Source: Candidatus Doudnabacteria bacterium (lineage in GTDB: Bacteria > Patescibacteriota > Doudnabacteria > UBA920 > 2-01-FULL-50-11). From it: a stretch of 26,690 nucleotides of DNA. Below are positions 17,451-24,053 of this stretch, in pieces. The stretch covers positions 1-26,690 of the forward strand of contig JACQJK010000008.1 in the NCBI GenBank assembly GCA_016205055.1. Direction: 5' to 3'. Both the position numbers and the translations under genes were made by a program. The notes beneath the pieces were generated by a model. It saw only the letters and a list, made by a program, of their open reading frames with translations. It did no database searches and was not told where the DNA came from. The first letter of the stretch is position 1; every line of letters begins with the position of its first letter.

Positions 17451-18698
17451 TCAAACTTGCCTTGTTATCTTGGCTCCCAACTTAGACAGACGTTGCTCTA
17501 TCTTTTCATAACCCCGATCGATATGATGAATGTCCCGCACTACGCTTTTCCCCCGGGCAACGATGGCGGCAATCAGCAAGGTCATGCCGGCCCGGATGTC
17601 GGAACTCCTGATATTTCCGCTTTTTAAGCCGACCGGCCCGGTTATTTCGGCCCGATGAGTATCTATCAATCTAACACGCGCCCCCAGTTTTTTCAACTCG
17701 GCAAGATATCCCAAGCGCCCCTCCCAAATCCAATCGTGAACCACGCTTGTGCCGCGGCATTGCGTGGCAAAAACGCCGAAAGGCGGTTGTAAGTCGGTTG
17801 CTAAATTGGGATACAGCCCGGTCCTGATCGCGCCCGCGCGGTACGAACTTTTTGGCTTCAAAATCGTAAGCGAATCCTTTGCTAAAGAGAAGCGAACCCC
17901 CATTTCGGACATCTTGTGGTAAACCGCATCCATTTGACTGTGATCGACATTCGTGATTGTAATTTGGCTCTTCGTTGCCGCGGCCAGTAACGCAAACGTT
18001 CCGGCTTCAATCATATCCGGTATGACGGAACTGGTTGCCCCGTGCAGATTTTTCACTCCCCGGATAACGAGCGTATGAGTGCCGATCCCGGAAATTCTTG
18101 CGCCCATTTTTTTCAAAAACTTGCATAAACTTAAAACGTGCGGTTCCAATGCGGCCAGTTTGATGACTGTCGTTCCCGTGGCCAAAACTCCCGCCAAAAT
18201 CATATTCTCCGTGCCCGTGACCGAGGACTCGGCAAAAACTTCCGCTCCGTTCAGCCGTTTGGCTTTCAATCTCAAGCGGGACTGTCCGTTGGCGACAGCG
18301 CCCATCTGGCTAAACGCCCGCAAGTGAACGTCAATCGGACGCGCCCCAATTAAATCTCCTCCGGGAAAAGACAAATCTACCTGCCGACTTCGCCCCAGTA
18401 ACGCGCCTAACAGGACGACCGAAGCGCGCATGGAGCCGACCAAGACCGGATCGGGCCGAAACGTCCGCAAATTTTCAGCCGCAACTTCGACCTTGCCCGG
18501 GCGCGTTTTTACGCTACAACCGAGATCAGTCAAAATTTTCAAAAAATTTCGCACGTCCACAATATCGGGAACGTCGGTAATGACGCAACGGTGGCGCGTC
18601 AGCAAAGTCGCCGCCAGCATGGGCAAAACTGCGTTTTTTGAACCAGAAACGCGAATCCGGCCCGCCAACGGTCTGCCGCCTTCAACAATGAATTTCAT
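17451..18698 (-). CDS. murA: UDP-N-acetylglucosamine 1-carboxyvinyltransferase, Asp115 variant
   Basis: SGSKNAVLP, MRASV, FPGGDLIGARPIDVH, DMIEAGT, YPNLATDLQP, DIRAG, IDRGYE. Confidence 0.96.
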   Translation of the reverse strand: MKFIVEGGRPLAGRIRVSGSKNAVLPMLAATLLTRHRCVITDVPDIVDVRNFLKILTDLGCSVKTRPGKVEVAAENLRTFRPDPVLVGSMRASVVLLGALLGRSRQVDLSFPGGDLIGARPIDVHLRAFSQMGAVANGQSRLRLKAKRLNGAEVFAESSVTGTENMILAGVLATGTTVIKLAALEPHVLSLCKFLKKMGARISGIGTHTLVIRGVKNLHGATSSVIPDMIEAGTFALLAAATKSQITITNVDHSQMDAVYHKMSEMGVRFSLAKDSLTILKPKSSYRAGAIRTGLYPNLATDLQPPFGVFATQCRGTSVVHDWIWEGRLGYLAELKKLGARVRLIDTHRAEITGPVGLKSGNIRSSDIRAGMTLLIAAIVARGKSVVRDIHHIDRGYEKIEQRLSKLGAKITRQV

Positions 18699-18723
18699 AA
18701 CTGAATCTTATTACGTGATTTGC

Positions 18724-18732
18724 ATTATATCA
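18724..18732 (-). promoter_or_regulatory. Putative extended -10 promoter (TGATATAAT) for murA
   Basis: Minus strand reads TG-A-TATAAT 26 nt upstream of the murA ATG, in the divergent murA/PEGA intergenic region. Confidence 0.55.
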
Positions 18733-18793
18733 TACTGTTTAGAGAACCCCTGGGAACCTACAATCGGGTTAACAATCGTGATAAACTGCTGAT

Positions 18794-20089
18794 ATGCGCA
18801 AGAAATATCGCTTCAGCATCCTGGCCGCGATTATCCTGGCTTTTTTGATTATTTCCCCCTGGGCAATATCTTTTGCATTTGGATACATCTTCGAGTTTAA
18901 AAATTTCTCTTTCAAAAAAACCGGCACCTTGATCGTCCGCACCTTGCCCAAAGGGGCTCGAGTAATTATTAACGACCGGCCGACTTCTCACTTCACGCCT
19001 GCCACCGTGCGCCTGCTTTTACCCGGAGCATACCGGATTCGCTTGGAAAAAGACGGTTTTCTGACCTGGCAAAAAAGCGTCAATATTTTGCCGGGACAAG
19101 TCACTTTCCTGCCCGAAGGCGGCTCTGATATTTCTCTGTTTTTATCAGCCGGTTCCGCCGAAATCATCTCCACCGACACTCTAACCTTGATTGGAACCCT
19201 TCAAGATCAATGGGCCATCACCGCTACTTCAACCTTTGCACTTAAAAAGCTGAGCGAACCGCGAAACTTTCAAATTGACTTTCCAGCGCAAAACTTAGCA
19301 AAACCAAGCTTTCAAATTACTCCCGACGGTGAGTGGTTATTTATTTACGACGAAGGCAAGTTCAAAAGAGCCGGAAATATCTCCGCAAAAACCGTCATAG
19401 AAACCCGAGACCTGCCCAAAGGAACCGTAAACGCTTTGCCGTGGAAAAAAAACCAGATGCTGATAGAACTTGCTGACAAAAATCTGTTTTTTTGGTCGCC
19501 CGAGACCTTAAAATTTTTCAGGAAAGCGCCCCAATCCTACGCCGTGTCCGCGGACGAATTTTTGTTCCTGGAAAACGGCAATGTCTATTCACTGGACCGA
19601 GCCAGTTCGACTCTCGAGCTAATTTTCACGGACCTGCACAACTTCCCCGACCCAAAACTCTTTCCGACAAGATCGGCCGGCCTGCTCGGGTTATCCGGCA
19701 AACGGCTTTTCCAACTTACCCCACAGTTACGCCGGTTGCCGGGCGAAAGCATCGAAACCGTGACTTGGCACGAGCAATCAAAAACTCTGCTCTACGCTTC
19801 CCCTAATGAAATCTGGTTTGACAAAGCCAACCTGGGCGGTGGACCCGAGATAATCGTGCGCGCAAGCGACGCCCTGAAAAAACCCGTCTATGCTGACGCT
19901 TTACAGCAGATTGTGTTTTTGCAAGACAGTAAGATCAAAGCCGTAGAACTCTACGGACCTGCTCCCCGCAACATCACCACGCTTGTGGAAAGCGAAACGC
20001 CAATCACCGATTTCCTGCTCGACCCCCAAGCGCGGATTATCTACTTCCTGCAAGCAAACGGGGATCTTTTGTCGAAAAAAATCAGATAG
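18794..20089 (+). CDS. Membrane-anchored PEGA-domain protein with a probable beta-rich/propeller C-terminus
   Basis: N-terminal TM helix, then GTLIVRTLPKGARVIIND...TPATV..LLPGAYRIRLEKDGFLTWQKSVNILPGQVT (PEGA pattern). Only + strand gene; its 3' end overlaps that of rnhA by 8 nt. Confidence 0.8.
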   Translation: MRKKYRFSILAAIILAFLIISPWAISFAFGYIFEFKNFSFKKTGTLIVRTLPKGARVIINDRPTSHFTPATVRLLLPGAYRIRLEKDGFLTWQKSVNILPGQVTFLPEGGSDISLFLSAGSAEIISTDTLTLIGTLQDQWAITATSTFALKKLSEPRNFQIDFPAQNLAKPSFQITPDGEWLFIYDEGKFKRAGNISAKTVIETRDLPKGTVNALPWKKNQMLIELADKNLFFWSPETLKFFRKAPQSYAVSADEFLFLENGNVYSLDRASSTLELIFTDLHNFPDPKLFPTRSAGLLGLSGKRLFQLTPQLRRLPGESIETVTWHEQSKTLLYASPNEIWFDKANLGGGPEIIVRASDALKKPVYADALQQIVFLQDSKIKAVELYGPAPRNITTLVESETPITDFLLDPQARIIYFLQANGDLLSKKIR

Positions 20090-20504
20090 ACGGCTTTTGT
20101 CGTTGCAAACCCTCGTCTATCGCTTGATTGACCAGTTGATCAGCGAGCGCGTTTTGCGAACGCGGAACGTGAACAAAATTTAGTTGCACGAACTGCCGAG
20201 TTAGCGCCAGCGCTTTCGCCGCACGGTCAGCGATACTGCCGCTTTTAATTTTGTAACGGCCGGTCAGCTGTCGGACAATCAGTTCAGAATCAAGTTTGAG
20301 CGTGACCTTATCCGCGCCCAGCTCTTTGGCTTTTTGCAGCGCAACGATTACCGCCTCGTACTCGGCTTGGTTGTTGGTTAAATTCCCCAGGTATCCTTTT
20401 ATCTCGAGTACCAATTTGCCGTTGTGGTCATAAACCGCCGCGCCAAACCCAGCCGGGCCGGGATTACCGCGCGCTCCGCCGTCGGTAAAAATTGTAACTT
20501 TCAT
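20082..20504 (-). CDS. rnhA: Ribonuclease HI (archaeal-like/Bacillus-type RNase HI subfamily)
   Basis: FTDGGARGNPGPAG, TNNQAEYEA, LDSELIVRQLTGRYKIK, HVPRSQNALADQLVN. Confidence 0.93.
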   Translation of the reverse strand: MKVTIFTDGGARGNPGPAGFGAAVYDHNGKLVLEIKGYLGNLTNNQAEYEAVIVALQKAKELGADKVTLKLDSELIVRQLTGRYKIKSGSIADRAAKALALTRQFVQLNFVHVPRSQNALADQLVNQAIDEGLQRQKPSI

Positions 20505-20528
20505 GCAAATCTAATCCAAGCCATCAAG

Positions 20529-22310
20529 TTACGCGGAAGTCTTTCTTAAATCTCTAATTTTCAACTGCACGCGCCTTAGGCCGTTCCAATGGTTATGCGA
20601 GGGCTCGACCACGACTTCCAGATTTTCCCCGGGAGCAAGCCGGAGGCCTTCTTGGGCCTTGCCAAAACCGATAAATTCATAAACCCGGTCGTTTTTTGTG
20701 GCCTGCAGTTTCAAATGTTTTCCGGTTGCGCCCACCAAGCGAGTTTGCTCCAAGGTCAAATCCTGCAGCAAAACCGTAACCGGCGGATTGTCGGGACCGA
20801 ACGGCTCAAAATTTTTCAATTCCTCAAGCAACGCGTCAGTAATCTGCTCCGGCTCTGCTATGAAATCAACAAACTCCTGCCGCGAAAAATCCGACTCGGC
20901 CAGTTCGCGGCCGGCTGTAGCATCAATGTGGTTATGGAAGTCGTCTAAAAACTCGTTTTTCAAAGTTAAACCGGCCGCAGCAGCGTGCCCGCCGAATCGC
21001 TCCAAATACTTTTGGGCGCCGGATAATGCCTTGACAATATTAAAACTTCCCCACGACCGGGCCGAGCCAGTAGCCACCTCCGCTCCTTTTTCCAAAACAA
21101 TCGCCGGCCGCTGATAATTTTCCACCAAGCGGGCCGCGACCAAACCCACTACTCCTCTGGGCCAGCCGACGCCCGCCGCCAAAAGCACCTTTCTGTCTTG
21201 CTGGCCTTCCGCGATTGACTTGGCTTCGGAAAGAATCTGTTCGGTCAAGCGCTGTCGGTGCAAATTTAAACTTTCCACCTGCCCGGCATACATGGCGGCC
21301 TCGGTCGGATTGTCCGTTGCTAACAAGCGGAAAGCGATGTCGGCGTGCTGGATGCGTCCGGCCGCGTTAATACGGGGCGCAATGATAAACCCGACGGAAT
21401 AACTGTCAAAATTTGCATATTCGCTGATTCCGGCGTTTTTGACAATTTCCCATAAACCCGGCCACTTGGTTTTTCCAATGACCGAAAGACCGTATTTTAC
21501 CAAAATGCGATTTTCCCCCATCAAGCTTTGGCAGTCGGCGATCGTGCCGATCGCCACTAAATCCAAAAGCCATTTCTCCCAGCCGGGAACTATGCGCGCC
21601 CGCGCGTGCCCAAGAAAAGCAGAAAGTTTTTTTGATCCGATTTCCGGAATTTTCCAGCCGTACATCCCTTGATACTCGGATGAGTAAATTAAGGCAATAA
21701 GCGCTTGCACTAACTTGAAAGCAACCCCCACCCCGGTCAGTCCTGCAAGCACCGGTAAATCGTCAAGTTTAGGATTAATCACGGACGAGGCAGGCGGTAA
21801 ATTCCCTAAAATGTAGTGGTGGTCGGTGACAATCACGTCAACCCCCAAAGAGTTGGCAAAAATTACTTCGTCAAGCGCGTTAATGCCGCAATCCACCGTC
21901 ACGATCAAGCGCGTTCCGCGGTCAGCTATAGATTTAATCGCCTCCTGGTTCAAACCATAGCCCTCGTCGAACCGATCGGGAATGTACCAGTCGATTCGCG
22001 CGCCGAGTTTTGACAAAAACCGGTATAACACGACGCAAGCGGTGACTGCGTCCGCGTCATAATCGGCATAAATCGTTATCTTTTCCTGGTCGGCGATTGC
22101 ACTAAGTAATCGGGCAGCGGAAATCTGCATTCCGCTCATCGCAAACGGGGAAATTAACCGCTCGTATTGGGGATTGAGAAAATAATCCTGCTCACTCTCG
22201 CTTGTTAAGCCGCGATTGAACAATAGTTGCAAAATAACCCGATCGTGGTCGGGAAATTTTTTGATTAGCTCATCGCTGATTTTTTCTTTAACAATCCATT
22301 TGCGCTTCAT
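20529..22310 (-). CDS. recJ: Single-stranded-DNA-specific exonuclease RecJ
   Basis: YADYDAD, PDRFDEGYG, VTVDCG, VTDHH (DHH), APRINAAGR, GSARS, GGHAAAAG (DHHA1), C-terminal OB region. ATGA overlap with korB. Confidence 0.96.
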   Translation of the reverse strand: MKRKWIVKEKISDELIKKFPDHDRVILQLLFNRGLTSESEQDYFLNPQYERLISPFAMSGMQISAARLLSAIADQEKITIYADYDADAVTACVVLYRFLSKLGARIDWYIPDRFDEGYGLNQEAIKSIADRGTRLIVTVDCGINALDEVIFANSLGVDVIVTDHHYILGNLPPASSVINPKLDDLPVLAGLTGVGVAFKLVQALIALIYSSEYQGMYGWKIPEIGSKKLSAFLGHARARIVPGWEKWLLDLVAIGTIADCQSLMGENRILVKYGLSVIGKTKWPGLWEIVKNAGISEYANFDSYSVGFIIAPRINAAGRIQHADIAFRLLATDNPTEAAMYAGQVESLNLHRQRLTEQILSEAKSIAEGQQDRKVLLAAGVGWPRGVVGLVAARLVENYQRPAIVLEKGAEVATGSARSWGSFNIVKALSGAQKYLERFGGHAAAAGLTLKNEFLDDFHNHIDATAGRELAESDFSRQEFVDFIAEPEQITDALLEELKNFEPFGPDNPPVTVLLQDLTLEQTRLVGATGKHLKLQATKNDRVYEFIGFGKAQEGLRLAPGENLEVVVEPSHNHWNGLRRVQLKIRDLRKTSA

Positions 22311-23194
22311 TGGTACTTTTCGAGCAAGGATGAAATGTCAAGTTTGCTTAAATCATGCTTCACAAGCGGGGTTTTGGAAATTTGCGGATAATTATCCTCC
22401 AAAATCAAACGGTCTTCTTCGTACAATATACCAACGGCAATCTTCTGATCAAGGGGCTCTTGGGTCACCTCCCAGGCCTTGAAGCGATTGTCGGGCGCGT
22501 ATCCTTTATCCTCAAGTTTGTAAACCCGTTTGCGGTACCAATCATAGGACATTTCCGGATTAAAGGTCGGGCACGGCTGCATGACGTCAATAAACGAAAA
22601 CCCCCGATGCCACACGCCTTTGACGATCAAATCAGTCAGGTGCGGAATGTCGCCGGCAAAGCCGCGGGCGACGAACGTTCCGCCGGCTGAAACCGCAAGC
22701 GCCGTAGGGTTTAACTGAAACTCATTATAGCCGTCGGGGTGGGCTTTGCCTTTAAATCCTTTCATGGAAGTCGGGGACGACTGTCCCACGGTCAAGGAAT
22801 AAACGTGGTTGTCGTGCACGATATAGGTAAGGTTAACATTGGACCGAATCGTCTGAATCGTGTGGCTTAAGCCCTCGGCAAACCCGTCGCCGTCGCCGCC
22901 GATAACGATCACGTTCAGCTCGTGATTGGCAAGTTTGGCGCCCACCGCGGCCGGCAAAGCGCGGCCGTGGAGCGAGTGAAAAATGTTGGCCTTAACAAAG
23001 CTGGCAAAATTACCCGAACAGCCGATGCCAAAAACCAAAACTGTCTGGTGCGGCGCCAGGTTCAATTTCACCAGGGCGTTTTTGAGCGCGGCCCAAATGG
23101 CAAAATCGCCGCAGCCCGGGCACCAGGTGGGGAAGACTTCCGAGTTAAAATCGTCAGCGCGCAAAGGGTTAGTAAGGTCGGGATTAGAGAGCAT
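22307..23194 (-). CDS. korB: 2-oxoacid:ferredoxin oxidoreductase beta subunit (TPP-binding)
   Basis: TWCPGCGDF, GIGCSG, HSLHGRALP, GGDGDG...DN TPP motif, QPCPTFN. Start placed at ATG 23194: the ORF-track start at 23254 is a TTG inside repeat copy A. Confidence 0.92.
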   Translation of the reverse strand: MLSNPDLTNPLRADDFNSEVFPTWCPGCGDFAIWAALKNALVKLNLAPHQTVLVFGIGCSGNFASFVKANIFHSLHGRALPAAVGAKLANHELNVIVIGGDGDGFAEGLSHTIQTIRSNVNLTYIVHDNHVYSLTVGQSSPTSMKGFKGKAHPDGYNEFQLNPTALAVSAGGTFVARGFAGDIPHLTDLIVKGVWHRGFSFIDVMQPCPTFNPEMSYDWYRKRVYKLEDKGYAPDNRFKAWEVTQEPLDQKIAVGILYEEDRLILEDNYPQISKTPLVKHDLSKLDISSLLEKYQ

Positions 23195-23221
23195 GATACT
23201 CTTTAATGAAAGAATTCTATA

Positions 23222-23270
23222 CCCTCTCCATATACGGAGAGGGGGTCCGCCCAAGGCGGACAGGTGGGGT
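23222..23270 (-). repeat. Palindromic repeat, copy A
   Basis: Minus strand: ACCCCACCT GTCCGCC-TTG-GGCGGAC C CCCTCTCC-GTATAT-GGAGAGGG. Begins at the stop codon of the small membrane-protein gene. Confidence 0.8.
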
Positions 23271-23605
23271 TAATTTTGACTTTTATCCGCCGCAGCGAAT
23301 GAATTTTGATTTCTGTACTTACCCCACCTCACCAGACTCAAAACTAATAAGACCGTCAAAAAACTTAGTGAAGACCAAAAAAGAAAATTGAGCAAATACG
23401 CTTTCTCATCAAATACCTGGGCGGAAAAAGCAATTTTAAATGGCCAGCCGGTAAATCTGCATATGGCTAATTCGTGTCCCGGGAACGAACAGTAAAAAGC
23501 AGTTTCAAAACCAACATAACGATTAATTGAGAATCCTGTTATCGACCCCATTACCACACTCCACCCCACCACATGCTTTTTTGTTTTGAGACTAAAGATT
23601 TTCAT
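23270..23605 (-). CDS. Hypothetical small membrane protein (two predicted TM segments)
   Basis: 111 aa ORF, ATG 9 nt after the hairpin of repeat B. Hydrophobic segments near both ends, GWPF and LLNFLFW motifs. Fills the gap between repeats B and A exactly. Confidence 0.7.
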   Translation of the reverse strand: MKIFSLKTKKHVVGWSVVMGSITGFSINRYVGFETAFYCSFPGHELAICRFTGWPFKIAFSAQVFDEKAYLLNFLFWSSLSFLTVLLVLSLVRWGKYRNQNSFAAADKSQN

Positions 23606-23613
23606 ACAATTTT

Positions 23614-23650
23614 TCCCTCTCCTGTCGAGGAGAGGGATTAAGGATGAGGT
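23614..23650 (-). repeat. Palindromic repeat, copy B (no small hairpin)
   Basis: Minus strand: ACCTCATCC TTAA TCCCTCTCCT-CGAC-AGGAGAGGGA (10-bp stem). Head starts 1 nt after the DUF559 stop. Confidence 0.85.
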
Positions 23651-23651
23651 T

Positions 23652-24005
23652 TTATGAAACGGCGCCCTCTATCGCCTCCAAAACCCCCTCAAAATTACTA
23701 TCCAGCTCGTTATTCCACACTCTTAGGAGATCACATCCTTCGACATCGCGTAAATAATTTTCCCTGTGTCGATCTCGACTCTTAATTCCCTCTTCGTTGT
23801 GATGACCACCATCAAGCTCGATTATAAGACGCTTTTCCGGGCAATAAAAATCAACGATGTAATTTCCCATTCTGGCTTGCCGCTTGAATCTAAGTCCGAG
23901 AAACCTCCTATCTCTTAAAGCCTGCCACAATTTAATCTCCCAAGGCGTCCCTTTTCTTCTCAATGCTCTTGAAAGCTTAATGAATTGTTGAGGAACTTTT
24001 TTCAT
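23652..24005 (-). CDS. DUF559-family (Vsr-like, PD-(D/E)xK fold) putative endonuclease
   Basis: Matches the family pattern throughout: SRALRRKGTPWEIKLWQALR, GLRFKRQ, GNYIVDFYC, LIIELDGGHH, LLRVWNNE, EGVLEAI. 117 aa. Confidence 0.9.
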   Translation of the reverse strand: MKKVPQQFIKLSRALRRKGTPWEIKLWQALRDRRFLGLRFKRQARMGNYIVDFYCPEKRLIIELDGGHHNEEGIKSRDRHRENYLRDVEGCDLLRVWNNELDSNFEGVLEAIEGAVS

Positions 24006-24048
24006 ACCTCATCCGTCCTTCGGACACCTTCTCCTCGTCAGGAGAAGG
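24006..24048 (+). repeat. Palindromic repeat, copy C
   Basis: Plus strand: ACCTCATCC GTCC-TTC-GGAC A CCTTCTCCT-CGTC-AGGAGAAGG. Abuts the DUF559 ATG and fills 43 of the 48 nt up to the korA stop. Confidence 0.88.
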
Positions 24049-24053
24049 CGGAT

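Noticed and set aside
20529-22310. Extra segment in RecJ before GWEKWLLDLVAIG as another repeat insertion
   Set aside because: The DNA there shows no palindrome or similarity to either repeat family; it is probably ordinary loop variation.
23195-23254. N-terminal extension MGGPPLRIWRGYRILSLKSI on korB in the ORF track
   Set aside because: The TTG start lies in the loop of repeat A and the peptide is repeat-derived; ATG 23194 is more plausible.
23222-24048. Hairpins A, B and C as simple intrinsic terminators
   Set aside because: None is followed by a U-tract in the direction of transcription, they share sequence beyond what a terminator needs, and a homologous copy lies inside a coding region. 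Pausing or mRNA stabilisation cannot be excluded.
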